A model generated the notes under the pieces. It was not told the origin of the DNA and made no database searches. It saw only the letters and a list, made by a program, of their open reading frames with translations. Below, one piece after another: positions 30,645 to 41,202 of a DNA stretch of 64,000 nt. A program made the position numbers and the translations under genes. Position 1 is the first letter of the stretch, and every line of letters begins with the position of its first letter. The stretch comes from Pirellulales bacterium (GTDB lineage Bacteria; Planctomycetota; Planctomycetia; Pirellulales; PNKZ01). The stretch is from positions 55,164 through 119,163 of the forward strand of contig DATATB010000137.1 of NCBI GenBank assembly GCA_036268995.1. Reading direction: 5' to 3'.

Positions 30645-30925
30645 CATGAGGATCGCTCGATGAAAAACAGGCCAACGGCCCAGCAAGGAAGTGGATTTCA
30701 GTGGCTTTCATACACGATTGGCCGGTGCCTCGCAAATCGGGCGAGCCAAGGGACTGTGCGCGCGATTCTCGCATGGGCGGACAGCAAAATCCACGCGAAC
30801 TTTATTTCGTCACGACGCCTCTAATAAGCAAGGTTGATCGCTGCCTGGCCGGCGGCGCACCAGGCCCTGGTTATCCGGTTGGCTGAGTGCGTTCCGCGTA
30901 CGGGTTATGACGAGGGCGGCATCAA

Positions 30926-30999
30926 ACGTGGTTAGCTCAGTTGGAATGAGCACCAGACCCTGAATCTGGATGTCGCAGGTTCGACTCCTGCACCACCCG
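30926..30999 (+). tRNA. tRNA-like gene, Gln(CTG)-like, with aberrant acceptor end (possible pseudo-tRNA)
   Basis: D-arm GCTC-AGTTGGAAT-GAGC, anticodon stem CCAGA/TCTGG with loop CCCTGAA (anticodon CTG, C at position 33), T-arm GCAGG-TTCGACT-CCTGC, G73; acceptor pairs only 5 of 7 (A1:C72 and C2:C71 mismatched). Confidence 0.45.
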
Positions 31000-31447
31000 C
31001 GGCTGAACACCGCTCCTGGCGTGAAAACGCCCCATGAAGCCCGAGGGGGGCGGAGGGTCGAGTTGGTCGGCTGTCTGTCGCAGTGCAATGGTCCGAACCA
31101 GGTCGCTTGGGTCGAGCCGCTCCGGCGCGCTCGGGCGAGGCGGACCGCGGCGAGGGCCGAAGTGCCGCGACGACAGCAACATGCGAGAGTGCCTTGAGGT
31201 ACGCGGATACCGATTTTGTTCGTCACCGATAAGGGACTGCCGAAGCCGGCAGATACGATCGCAGCCAATGTGCTGCGACCCGCTGCCTGGTCGAGGCCGT
31301 GACGACCGGCGACGATGGAAGCTCAACCGTACCCCGCACGCGAGCGTGTGACTGGCGATCGCTCCGCCGCCCAAAGGCGTCTGAACCATCAACATCATTT
31401 TTCGAAGATCGTGCCGAGAAAGCGGCCGCGGAATAAGGAGGCAGACC

Positions 31448-32554
31448 ATGAGCCTGTTGAAGCAGATCAAGATTCGCAGCTACGAGCTGGGCCTCGACTT
31501 CCGTGAGGGCGAGTTCCGCCGGCTGTTGACCGAAGGCCGCTACTGGTTGTTCGACCCGATGGGCAAGGTCCAGGTAAGCGTCGTTTCGCAGCGCGATCCG
31601 TGGCTGGTACACGAGAAGCTCGATGTGATCGTGAAGTCGGGCGTGCTTAAGGACCGCGCCGTCGTGCTGGATCTGAAGGACTATCAGCGGGCGCTCGTCT
31701 GGATCGACGGCCGGTTCAGCCACATCCTGCCGCCGGGCCTGTACGCCTATTGGACCGGCCTGCGCGACGTGACGGTCGAGCTGGTCGATGCGCGCAAGGT
31801 GCGCTTCGAGCACAAGGACCTGCCGGTTATCACGCGCTCGCCGCTGGCCGAGCGCGTGCTGGAGGTGTGTTCAATCGAGCAGGGCCACCAGGGCGTGCTG
31901 CTGGTGGACGCTCAACTGGTCGAAACGCTCTTGCCAGGCCGCTACGCGTTCTGGAAGAACATCGCCCAGGTAAAGATCGTCCCGGTGGATGTGCGCGAGT
32001 CGATGATCGACGTCAGCGGTCAGGAAATCATGACCGCCGACAAGGTCACGCTGCGCATGAACGCCGTCGTCACGTACCGGGTGACGGACGTTCGCGCGGC
32101 GGTCAGCAATGTCGAGGACGTGCGGCAGACGTTGTACCGCGAGGCCCAGTTGGCTTTGCGGGCCATCATCGGCACGCGCGACCTGGACGCCTTCCTGGCT
32201 GGCAAGGATGCCGTGGCCAGCGAGGCCGAAGCGCAGATCCGGCGGCATGCGGGCGAAATTGGTCTGGAGATCGTTTCGGTGGGAGTGCGCGACATCATCC
32301 TGCCGGGCGAGATGAAGGACCTGATGAACAAGGTCACGGAGGCCAAGAAGGCCGCCGAGGCCAACCTGATCGTCCGCCGCGAAGAAACGGCCGCCATGCG
32401 CAGCCAGGCCAACACGGCCAAGCTGCTGGCGGAGAACCCGACGCTCATGCGCCTGCGCGAGCTGGAGGTTCTGGAAAAAGTCGCGTCAGCCTCTAAGCTC
32501 AGCGTTGTGCTGGGCGAAAAGGGTTTGGCCGATCGGGTGATTAACCTGCTCTGA
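31448..32554 (+). CDS. SPFH/band-7 (stomatin/prohibitin-like) domain protein
   Basis: 368 aa; SPFH core (ADKVTLRMNAVVTYRV...) and C-terminal coiled coil; GGAGG SD upstream of ATG. Confidence 0.8.
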   Translation: MSLLKQIKIRSYELGLDFREGEFRRLLTEGRYWLFDPMGKVQVSVVSQRDPWLVHEKLDVIVKSGVLKDRAVVLDLKDYQRALVWIDGRFSHILPPGLYAYWTGLRDVTVELVDARKVRFEHKDLPVITRSPLAERVLEVCSIEQGHQGVLLVDAQLVETLLPGRYAFWKNIAQVKIVPVDVRESMIDVSGQEIMTADKVTLRMNAVVTYRVTDVRAAVSNVEDVRQTLYREAQLALRAIIGTRDLDAFLAGKDAVASEAEAQIRRHAGEIGLEIVSVGVRDIILPGEMKDLMNKVTEAKKAAEANLIVRREETAAMRSQANTAKLLAENPTLMRLRELEVLEKVASASKLSVVLGEKGLADRVINLL

Positions 32555-32563
32555 CAAGCGGCA

Positions 32564-32605
32564 GCCTGGAAGCCGGGAACCATCCCGGCTTCCAGGCATT
32601 TTCAT
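32564..32605 (+). terminator. Rho-independent terminator after SPFH gene
   Basis: Perfect 15-bp stem gcctggaagccggga/tcccggcttccaggc, loop ACCA, followed by ATTTTCAT. Confidence 0.7.
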
Positions 32606-32759
32606 AGGCTCTTTCGAATCCCTCGCCAATCGTTCTGCGTACTCGAGTTCGCAGAATGCAGCGACCGGACTGCGCGGGCCAGTTCTCGCGACCGATTTTC
32701 CGGCAACCGTTACCCAGCCAGCCGGGTTTTTCCATGCGCCGGCGGTTAGGATTAGTGGG

Positions 32760-33164
32760 ATGAACGACCCGTGGAATCCGTTACCGGACGAAATACGCGA
32801 ATGGGCATATACGGATGGCGCTCTTGAGCCGTGCCAGGACTGGGACTTGGCGCTGTCACGGGGCGGCTATGAGAAGCCGCTTTTAGAGTGTGCTGCGGAC
32901 GCGCGTTGCCCTAATCGTGCATACTTTCTGAGTGTTCTGTATTTGGTCGTCGGCGACGCTTTAAGAACTGACTTTCGGGCGATGGCGCGTCCGATCGTGG
33001 AAGCGTTCATTCAGCGCGGCGACGAGTATCGGCACCCGGACATTCGGCTCTGGCAGCAAAGGTCGCGACACCTCATGAAGCATCCAGAGAAATTCGACTA
33101 TAGGCTCTGGTGCGCCGGAGGGCTTGCGCGCACGCCAGCAGCGGAATCCTTCCGACTAGACTGA
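32760..33164 (+). CDS. Hypothetical protein (134 aa)
   Basis: ORF only; no recognisable motifs. Confidence 0.35.
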   Translation: MNDPWNPLPDEIREWAYTDGALEPCQDWDLALSRGGYEKPLLECAADARCPNRAYFLSVLYLVVGDALRTDFRAMARPIVEAFIQRGDEYRHPDIRLWQQRSRHLMKHPEKFDYRLWCAGGLARTPAAESFRLD

Positions 33165-33189
33165 CTTACGACCGATTTCTCATCGCAAC

Positions 33190-34074
33190 TCAGCTTCTTT
33201 CGGCGATCCAGTGGTGCAGTTGGTCGCGGAGGAGGCGGAGTTCGGAGAAGAGCTGCCTGGTGTCGGGATTTCCGTGCTCGAGACACCAGGGGCCGCGGAA
33301 GCCGGCGTCCCAGCCGATGGTAAAGCAGCGCTTCAAGTCGTAGGCCTGGTGCTCGCCGCCGGGTGCCATTTTGAACGCTTTGAAGTCGCAGGTTACCGCG
33401 CGCGGAAAGCTCTTGGCCAGGCCGGCATAGCGAACCTCGTTGCTTTGCCAATTGCCCGTGTCGGGGCTGGCGGCGATGTCGCCGCCGATCGCGTCCAGCA
33501 GTTTGGTCACTGCTTCCGGGTCGGATTGCATCCAGCCGAAATTTTCAACCAGCAGTTTGATCCCGCGCGGCCGGGCATAGTCCATCAGCCGGTGATATCC
33601 AGCGACGATCAGCTTGAGATCACCCTGAGTTCTGCCCGGCAGCGGACGCACCCAGCGCATGCCCAAGCGTGCCGCCGCATGAATCGAGCGTTCGTATTCA
33701 GCCAGCGAGCGCTCGCGGAGCGCTTCGTCGCGGCTGCCCATTTCGAGGCCAGGCTGATTCAGCTTCAAATTCGTGAGGGTGCAACCCGCGTGCTCGGCGG
33801 CCAAGCGTATGCCGTCGAGGTATTCCGGTTCGAATGAAGCCAGTGAAGGCGTATAGACGTCGACCACGCGCATGTCGAGTTCGTCGCGAATGATCTTGAG
33901 CAACTCCGGCAACTGGAACCGGGCCGGATTTTCGCGCAGTTGCGGCGAAAAAGAGCCGGTCGTGATGCCGACTTGCCGCTCGAGCGGAGTCGCGGCGCTG
34001 GCCCTTGAAATTGCCGGCCGCGCGACCAATCCCACTGCGCCAATTGCCAGCAATTCGCGACGCGTGATCGGCAT
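33190..34074 (-). CDS. Sugar phosphate isomerase/epimerase (xylose-isomerase-like TIM barrel), Tat-secreted
   Basis: 294 aa; twin-arginine signal MPITRRELLAIGAVGLVA; TIM-barrel family pattern. Confidence 0.65.
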   Translation of the reverse strand: MPITRRELLAIGAVGLVARPAISRASAATPLERQVGITTGSFSPQLRENPARFQLPELLKIIRDELDMRVVDVYTPSLASFEPEYLDGIRLAAEHAGCTLTNLKLNQPGLEMGSRDEALRERSLAEYERSIHAAARLGMRWVRPLPGRTQGDLKLIVAGYHRLMDYARPRGIKLLVENFGWMQSDPEAVTKLLDAIGGDIAASPDTGNWQSNEVRYAGLAKSFPRAVTCDFKAFKMAPGGEHQAYDLKRCFTIGWDAGFRGPWCLEHGNPDTRQLFSELRLLRDQLHHWIAERS

Positions 34075-34105
34075 GTTCCTCCTGCTCCAGAAAAAACCGT
34101 GGGCT

Positions 34106-37100
34106 TTAGCGCCAATCGCCGGAAAGGATAAAGGCGGCCCAATAGTAGGGCGGCAGATGCTGCCCGGCGTCGATCGGCTGGTCTTCGTCGTTGGCCAGCC
34201 CGCGCGTGGATTTGCCGTGGGGCCGGCCGCCTTCGCGCAGCATCCAGAGCTGCGCTTCGCGCAAGGCCTCGACCTTGCTCATCCGCTTCTGCCACAGGTT
34301 GTCGTAGAAGCGCGACATGAGCACTTGCGTGGCTTCGTCGGGCACTTTCCACAGGCCGGCGATCACGGTTTTGGCGCCGGCCGACTGGAATGCCCGTTGC
34401 AGGCCCAGCAGTCCTTCGCCGCCGCCGGTGGCGCCCAGCCCGGTTTCGCAGGCCGAAAGCGTGGCCAGCTCGACGCCGCCGAGATCCATTTCGGCCACTT
34501 CCAGGGCCGTGAGGATGCCGTCCTCGCGGCCTTCTTCGACCGGCCGGTTGGCGCCGGCCAACACCAGCCCGGACAAAAGGCCGGGATGAAAGCCCGACAC
34601 ATCTTGCCGCGACGATCCATTGCCGGCTGCCGACGGCACCTCGGGCGGCGCGAAGAATCCGTGCGTCGAAAAATGCAGATACCGATGCTTTTCGGCCGCT
34701 TGCCGAATCGCGCTTTCCGTCGCCCGGTCGCCCGACAATTCGGTGACGGCCGAATCGCCGAAGCGCTTGGCGACCGACCCTTTGATGGCGGCGATCTCCG
34801 CGCGCGTGCCCGGCAGCGACGACCATTGGACCGATTGCGAGCCGCGGGCGGCGCTGCGGTTGGTTGCCAGCAGATTACTCATGCCCGGCGTGGCCCCAAA
34901 ATCCACGTCACCGACCAGCAAGACGCCAGATGGCCCGGCCGTCGACTCGTTTGCCGGCGCGCTGGCCACGAGTTCGGGCAGAAGCCGGGCGATGGGCACG
35001 ACGGCCACGGCATATCGATCGATCAGGCAGACGTCGGGCGCTGCGATTCGCAATGCGGGCCAAGGCAGCGGAGCCGTCTGGCTGTTGGGCGAAATCAGCA
35101 GCAGTTTGGCTCCCGCGACGTGTTTTTCCAGCGGTTGCCAGACGAGCCGCTGCAACTGGTCGGCGGGATCCTCGCCCGCCGTTTTGCGCCCGTAGCCGCG
35201 TCGCCAGGCGGCGATGGCGTTTTCGATCGGCCCCGCCGGCCCCAACTCGACGCGCTCCACCGGTCCCTCGCGACGAACCACGAAGGCGATCAGGGCAACA
35301 GGGCTGACCTTCGCCTTGACTTCGTCGGGCCGGAGCACACGAGCGTAGGCCAGCAGATCGATGAGCGCGGCATCGGCTGGCAGCGCGGCACGAATCTCGT
35401 CCTCGCTGCGGCGCTGCTGCGATTGTTGCCGGCGAAAATCCACGCTGACCGCGGCCAGTTGCTTCTGGATTTGTTCGACGCGCTGGCTTAGCTCGTCCAA
35501 GCGAAACTGCAGCTCTCGATTTTTCAGATTGCCGGCGCGGTACAGCGCGGCCAGTTGGCCGGTTGCGGCTTCGAGCTCGCCTTCCAGCCGGGCGACTTCC
35601 TTGTTGCCGCTGGCTTTGAGCTGGCGATGCAGCCGATGGAGTTGCTGTTGACCCGCCGAGATCATGCCCTTCCAGTTGAGGACTTCGCCGTAAGCTTCAT
35701 CGGCCGGCAGTTTGGCCACGCCGCAGAGATCGATGTAATGGTTAAGTACGGGCCAGAGCGTGGTCCTCGACGCGAGTTGCTGCCGCTCGGATTGAAACGT
35801 CTCGTTGCGAGCCAGCAGTTCCCGGGCCAGGTGTACGGCCTCGCGGGCCAGCGGCGCCGCGCGGGCGGGATCGTTCATCAGCAAGTAAACCGTGGCCAGT
35901 TCGCTCAGGTTGTTGACATAATCGGGATGATGCTCTCCGAGCGTCTGCTTGCGGATTTCGAGGGCTTCGCGCAGCAGCGGCTCGGCCTTGGCGTAGTCGC
36001 CCGTATGCGTATAGGGCAGGGCCAGATTCGCCAATGCCAGAGCGGTTTGTGGTTCTTTTCCGCCAGTGATCCGCCGTTGGATCTCGAGCGCTTGAGCAAA
36101 CAATGGCACGGCCTCTGCATCATCGCCCCGCTCCACGTAAAGCCATGCCAGGTTGTTCAGCGACATCCCATACTGGCGGTGCTTTTCTCCCAGCGACTGT
36201 TTGCAAATCGCCAAGGCTTGCTGGTACAGCGGCTCGGCCAGATCGTATTGCCGCGTACGAACGTAATACGTGGCCAAATAATCGATCGCGCGGGCGTAGC
36301 GGGGATCCTCTTTGCCCACCTCGTCACTGTAACTGTAGATGTCGATCGCTTCGCGCACCAGCAGTTCGGCTTTGACATGATCGTTCAGCGTGAACATGTA
36401 GAATTCGGCTAGTTGCAACAAACCCTGAGCATAGCCAGGGCTGCGCGCCCCTTCCAATTTTTTGCGAATCGCTATGGCCTGGCGAAACATCGATTCGGCC
36501 TGCTCGTACCGGCCCGTCGCAATGTAGACATACGCCAGGTTGCCCAGAACGATGGGCACCTGTCTGTTTTCGTCCTTGTCGAATTTTCGCGCCGCTGCCA
36601 GAGCCATGTCGTAGTTCGACTCGGCTTCCTGGTACTTGCCCTGCGACTCGTCGAGACTCGCCAGGTTCTGCAAGGCGATGACGTAATCGGGATGCAGTTC
36701 ACCTTTGGTCTTGCGGATCAACTCGGGCAGCGCGGCGTAGAGCGGCTCGGCCTTGGCATAGTCGCCCAATGCCCGGTACAGGCCGGCGACTTGGGATTCT
36801 GAATCAACCGTGAGCCAATGCTCGTCGCCCAGCAGTTTGCGGCGAATGGCCCAGGCCTGCTCGGCGGGCGCCAGGGCTTCGCGAGGTTTGCGGGCCACGA
36901 GCTTATCGGCCTTCTCGACAAGTTTCACGGCCTCGGCCAATTGCCGGCGCTGGTCGGTCGTCATTTTTTTCAAGGCGTCAAGCAGAACGACATCGAGGCG
37001 GAGATTCGTGACCAGCCAATGGTCCGGCCCCTTCAGGCTGGAAAAGATTTCGATGCTTTCCGTAACTGCCTTACTGGCTGCCGCGAAATCGTCGCGCTGC

Positions 37101-38554
37101 CGGGCTTGATGCGCGACCGCGCTGCACAGCCAGGCCACCTGCCGTCCGCAAACCCGGAAGATCTCGCTTTTTTCTCCCATGCCCTGCCGGAAGATCTCCA
37201 GCGCCGGGCGCTCGAATTCGAGGGCTTTGACATAATCCCTATCCTGTTCCTCGTTGGGTAAATAGATTTCGCTCATCGCATGGAAGGTCATTGCCAGGTT
37301 CGAATCATCCGGCGCCAGATTCTGCTTTTGAATCTCCAGGACCCGGTGCAGCAGGGCCAGGGCCTCAACTTTTTTGTCGCGCTCGCTGCACGTTTCGGCC
37401 AGTTCGCGCAGGCAATAACTCGTAGCCAGGTGCTTCGGACCTACCGTGGGTTCTTTTTCATAGATCGCCAGCGCCTGCCGCAAGAGCGGCTCGGCTTGGC
37501 CGTATTCGCCCAGTTGGTTATGGATATGGGCCAGTTCCATGAGCGCACGCGCAAATCCCTTGTGGTGTTCTCCCTGCCTCTGGCGGGAGATTTCCAGCAT
37601 CTCACGGTGCAGAGCCTCGGCGCGCCGATAGTCGTTTGTATTGATGAACGTCTCGGCCAAATTTGTCAGACTCAACGCGTAGGTCTCGGACAGTTTTCCC
37701 AGCGTCCGTCCGTGAATATCGGCGGCCTGCCGAAACTGTGCCTCCGCTTCGGCATAGCGATCCGTGTAGAGATACACCAGGCCGAGCCGATTGTGGGTCG
37801 TCGCCACATCCGGATGATCCTCGCCTAGCAGGAGGTGGAGCCCCTTGAGCGCCTCGCGATCCAATTGTTCAGCGCGCTTGTAATCGCGTTGCTCCCGGTA
37901 CAGCCAGCCCAGGAAGCTGACGCTGTTGAGGTACTCCTGGTTCGCCGGGCCGAACAATTGCTTGTAGATTTCGACAGACCGGGCGGCCGAGGGAATCTCG
38001 TCCTTGAATTTCCCGGCATCACTCAGCTCGTCCCCTTCGGCGGACAGTCGCGTGGCCTCGCGCAGCAGCTTGAGCTGCTTGTCACCCAGCCTGTTAATCT
38101 GCTCGACCAGGTCCAACCGGCGCCGCGCATCGCCGAGCGTCCAGAAGTCGCCGGGCCGGACGCGAGCCTGAATCGTGCGGGCTTCTTCAATCCAGCCGCG
38201 GGCTGCCTTGAAATCGCCATTGATGGCGCAAAACATTGCCAAAGATCGCATCGACCAGAACGTGTGGAAGTCGCTCTCGCCCAGCACTTCGCGCTCGATG
38301 GCCAAAGCCTGCTCGAACGGGGCGATCGCTTCGACTAGCTTGCCCGCCGCGCGGGCTTTTTGCGCAGCCGTTTTCAATCGGTCCCGCTCCAGCAGCCGAT
38401 CTTGCTGCTGCGGCGTCAGCGGTTTGACCTCCGGCGGCGCCTGCGAACGAACTTCACCGGCCAGGACCAGCGGCGTCAGCAACAACAAGAGCAACCGGCA
38501 AGACCGGCGATAGTCTGCCCGGCGATTGCCACCGATTCGCTTGTAAAGAGTCAT
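34106..38554 (-). CDS. Giant secreted tetratricopeptide-repeat protein with C-terminal CHAT (caspase-like) peptidase domain
   Basis: 1482 aa; signal peptide; >15 TPR units (LGxxY..A..LY..AL.I); CHAT domain from ~residue 1070 with His (HFSTHGFF) and Cys (ATLSACETGLG) dyad. Confidence 0.8.
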   Translation of the reverse strand: MTLYKRIGGNRRADYRRSCRLLLLLLTPLVLAGEVRSQAPPEVKPLTPQQQDRLLERDRLKTAAQKARAAGKLVEAIAPFEQALAIEREVLGESDFHTFWSMRSLAMFCAINGDFKAARGWIEEARTIQARVRPGDFWTLGDARRRLDLVEQINRLGDKQLKLLREATRLSAEGDELSDAGKFKDEIPSAARSVEIYKQLFGPANQEYLNSVSFLGWLYREQRDYKRAEQLDREALKGLHLLLGEDHPDVATTHNRLGLVYLYTDRYAEAEAQFRQAADIHGRTLGKLSETYALSLTNLAETFINTNDYRRAEALHREMLEISRQRQGEHHKGFARALMELAHIHNQLGEYGQAEPLLRQALAIYEKEPTVGPKHLATSYCLRELAETCSERDKKVEALALLHRVLEIQKQNLAPDDSNLAMTFHAMSEIYLPNEEQDRDYVKALEFERPALEIFRQGMGEKSEIFRVCGRQVAWLCSAVAHQARQRDDFAAASKAVTESIEIFSSLKGPDHWLVTNLRLDVVLLDALKKMTTDQRRQLAEAVKLVEKADKLVARKPREALAPAEQAWAIRRKLLGDEHWLTVDSESQVAGLYRALGDYAKAEPLYAALPELIRKTKGELHPDYVIALQNLASLDESQGKYQEAESNYDMALAAARKFDKDENRQVPIVLGNLAYVYIATGRYEQAESMFRQAIAIRKKLEGARSPGYAQGLLQLAEFYMFTLNDHVKAELLVREAIDIYSYSDEVGKEDPRYARAIDYLATYYVRTRQYDLAEPLYQQALAICKQSLGEKHRQYGMSLNNLAWLYVERGDDAEAVPLFAQALEIQRRITGGKEPQTALALANLALPYTHTGDYAKAEPLLREALEIRKQTLGEHHPDYVNNLSELATVYLLMNDPARAAPLAREAVHLARELLARNETFQSERQQLASRTTLWPVLNHYIDLCGVAKLPADEAYGEVLNWKGMISAGQQQLHRLHRQLKASGNKEVARLEGELEAATGQLAALYRAGNLKNRELQFRLDELSQRVEQIQKQLAAVSVDFRRQQSQQRRSEDEIRAALPADAALIDLLAYARVLRPDEVKAKVSPVALIAFVVRREGPVERVELGPAGPIENAIAAWRRGYGRKTAGEDPADQLQRLVWQPLEKHVAGAKLLLISPNSQTAPLPWPALRIAAPDVCLIDRYAVAVVPIARLLPELVASAPANESTAGPSGVLLVGDVDFGATPGMSNLLATNRSAARGSQSVQWSSLPGTRAEIAAIKGSVAKRFGDSAVTELSGDRATESAIRQAAEKHRYLHFSTHGFFAPPEVPSAAGNGSSRQDVSGFHPGLLSGLVLAGANRPVEEGREDGILTALEVAEMDLGGVELATLSACETGLGATGGGEGLLGLQRAFQSAGAKTVIAGLWKVPDEATQVLMSRFYDNLWQKRMSKVEALREAQLWMLREGGRPHGKSTRGLANDEDQPIDAGQHLPPYYWAAFILSGDWR

Positions 38555-38777
38555 GGCGAGCTTTTCCCATCTGCGGGACGAGTTTTAACTTTTATGATAT
38601 CCCAAGCCTGCGCGCTCGGCAGCATCCCCGCCGCCACGGCCCCGGCTCGATTGTTTCAGATTCCCGCCCCATGCGGATCGCCCCTGTAGATCCACTAAAC
38701 TAAGCATTCAGCAGAGGTTGTGTTACGAGGAACCTGTTTTTGCTTAGCTTGAGAACGAACCATGAGATTCAAGCCGC

Positions 38778-39515
38778 TTGATTGCTCTGCTAATGCTGGC
38801 TTTTTGCGCCCCGGTAGGAACGAATGCAGGCGAGTGGGGGCATCTTACGGGCCGCTTTGTTTATGGCGGTACGCCGCCTACCCTTGCGCCGTTGCCCACC
38901 GCCGGGCTGGATCGAAGGACGTGCGGCGACGCGGTGCCGAACGAATCACTCGTGATCGACCCAAAGGCGCGGGGCTTGGCCAATATCGTGATTTATTTAC
39001 GTACTGAGGGCATGCCGGTTCATTCGTCGTATGGCCCGGCCGCTAATGGCACCGTAGTCTTGACGCATCGGAGCTGCCGCCTGGTCCCGCATATCACGCT
39101 GCTGCGCACGACACAGACCTTGAGAACGACCAACAACGATCCCATACCGCACAACACCAACATGTCTCCGCCATTGGAATACAGCATCTGTCCAATCCTA
39201 CCGCCGGCGGATTCGCTAAGGCGGTTCCAGAAGCGCCAGGCCGCGCCGTTCGAGGTGATGTGCAATATCCATCCCTGGGAAAAGGGCTACGTTCTCGTCC
39301 GCGATAATCCCTACATGGCAATCACCGCCACGGATGGCACATTTTGGATCAAAAACCTGCCCGTGGGGACGCTGGAATTCCAGTTCTGGCACGAACGCAC
39401 CGGCCACCTGGTCGCCAAGCCGAATTGGACAAAAGGCCGGCTCACCCAAGCCATTGCCGGCGGCAAAACCGTCGATCTGGGAATCATCCAGCTCGCGCCT
39501 TTGCTCTTCGATTAG
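38778..39515 (+). CDS. Hypothetical secreted protein (245 aa)
   Basis: N-terminal signal peptide MIALLMLAFCAPVGTNA; no recognised domain. Confidence 0.45.
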   Translation: MIALLMLAFCAPVGTNAGEWGHLTGRFVYGGTPPTLAPLPTAGLDRRTCGDAVPNESLVIDPKARGLANIVIYLRTEGMPVHSSYGPAANGTVVLTHRSCRLVPHITLLRTTQTLRTTNNDPIPHNTNMSPPLEYSICPILPPADSLRRFQKRQAAPFEVMCNIHPWEKGYVLVRDNPYMAITATDGTFWIKNLPVGTLEFQFWHERTGHLVAKPNWTKGRLTQAIAGGKTVDLGIIQLAPLLFD

Positions 39516-39828
39516 AGTGCCGCTTATTCAATTGCGAAGCGATTCTGCGGCAGTTATGATGGGGCCTTCCTCACGTCGATTCGCCCGTACAAAACTGTTT
39601 TAAGGGTCGACCGTAAAACAACTTCCTGCAACCCTTGTCCCCCCGCGGGAGAGGGTAGAGTGAGGGGCCGGGAAAAGGGAAGTTGTCTCACGGTCGGTCC
39701 TAACCCACCTTCTCATCGGGCGAGGTCGCGTATCGCTTTGCTCTGTAACGGCGATACGAGAATTTGACCAATCCGCGGCCGAAAGCACGCCGCTGCTGTC
39801 TTCCCAGTGCTACCCACGAGAAAAACGG

Positions 39829-41202
39829 ATGTTATTCCGCGCGGATCGATCGTCGCCAAGCAAACTGTTTCTCGCGTTCGGGCTATGCGCCGCCCTGTTA
39901 CTCTGCCGGCCGATGCCGACGCTCGCTCAGCGCGGCTTTGGCGGCGGCGGTTCGGTGGGCGGCGTGCTGATCGATGCCGAAGGGCTGCTGAAGAATCCCA
40001 CGGTGGCCGAAGTCCAAACGCTGGAACAGTTGCGGCGCGAGTCGTTCGAGCCCATCCCCAACGACTTGAAACGCGCGGCCGAGTTGCGCAAGGTTTCGCT
40101 GCGGCGGTTGGAAGCCGAGTTGGCGGCGCGCCAAAAGTCCGGCGAGCCGCTGGACGACGCCATGCGCTACCTGGCCGGTTTGCAGCGCATCCGCTTTGTG
40201 TTCGTCTATCCCGAGCACAACGACATTGTCGTGGCCGGTTATGCCGAGCCTTGGAAAATCGATGCGCAGGGCAACACGGTCGGCGCTTCGACAGGCCGGC
40301 CGGTCATGCTGTTGGACGACCTGATCGTGGCGCTGCGCACGGGTCGTCCCGGCACCGGCACGATTAGTTGCTCGATCGATCCGACGTCCGAAGGCCTGGC
40401 CCGGCTGCAGCAATACGCGGCCACGATGGGGGCCATCACCGATCCGCAGCGCGAAGCGCAGACCATCGAGCAACTGCTCGGGCCGCAAACCATTTCGGTC
40501 AGCGGCGTGGCGGCCACGAGTCATTTTGCCCGCGTGATGGTCGCGGCCGATTACCGCATGAAGCGGCTGGGCATGAAGCTCGATCCCTCGCCCATCCCGG
40601 GGCTGCCCAGCTACGTGGACATGATTCGCCCCAGCACCCGCGGCATGCAGAGCATGACGCCGCGCTGGTGGATGGTGCCCAATTACGAGCCGCTGCTGAC
40701 CGACGACAAGGGCCTGGCCTGGGAAATCCGCCGGGCCAGCGTCAAGGCGCTCACCCAAGACACGTTGTTTGGCAAGGAAGGTTCGAAGACCCAAACGCGC
40801 ACGGTGAACCCCATGGCCCAACTGTGGGCCAACAACTTTACGAACAAATACGACGACCTGTCCGTCAAGGACACGGTCTTCGGCCAATTGCGAAACTGCA
40901 TGGACCTGGCCGTGCTCGCCGCGCTCATCGTGAAGCAGGATCTGGGCGGACTGGCCGGCTACCAACTGCCGCTGTGGCTGGACGACGTGAATCTGCCGGT
41001 CGCCGAAATGAACGCTCCGCGCACCACCAGCACCCAAGTCAGCTATGCCCGTCGGGCAAATAGTTGGATTGTGACTGCCTCCGGCGGGGTGGAGTTGTCG
41101 GTGGAATCCGTCGTCAGCCGCACCCAGCACAGCGACCAGGTCGAGCGGGTGCGCGAGCAGGCGAAACCCGCCGGCGACGCCGAGCCCTGGTGGTGGGACT
41201 AG
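39829..41202 (+). CDS. Hypothetical secreted protein (457 aa), planctomycete-type
   Basis: Signal peptide (LFLAFGLCAALLLCRPMPTLA), Gly-rich linker, no catalytic motifs recognised. Confidence 0.5.
   Translation: MLFRADRSSPSKLFLAFGLCAALLLCRPMPTLAQRGFGGGGSVGGVLIDAEGLLKNPTVAEVQTLEQLRRESFEPIPNDLKRAAELRKVSLRRLEAELAARQKSGEPLDDAMRYLAGLQRIRFVFVYPEHNDIVVAGYAEPWKIDAQGNTVGASTGRPVMLLDDLIVALRTGRPGTGTISCSIDPTSEGLARLQQYAATMGAITDPQREAQTIEQLLGPQTISVSGVAATSHFARVMVAADYRMKRLGMKLDPSPIPGLPSYVDMIRPSTRGMQSMTPRWWMVPNYEPLLTDDKGLAWEIRRASVKALTQDTLFGKEGSKTQTRTVNPMAQLWANNFTNKYDDLSVKDTVFGQLRNCMDLAVLAALIVKQDLGGLAGYQLPLWLDDVNLPVAEMNAPRTTSTQVSYARRANSWIVTASGGVELSVESVVSRTQHSDQVERVREQAKPAGDAEPWWWD

Noticed and set aside
33765-34826. 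353-aa minus-strand ORF and 33872..35491 plus-strand ORF overlapping the sugar isomerase and CHAT genes
   Set aside because: These are alternate frames. The real genes have a Tat signal plus TIM-barrel, and a CHAT domain.
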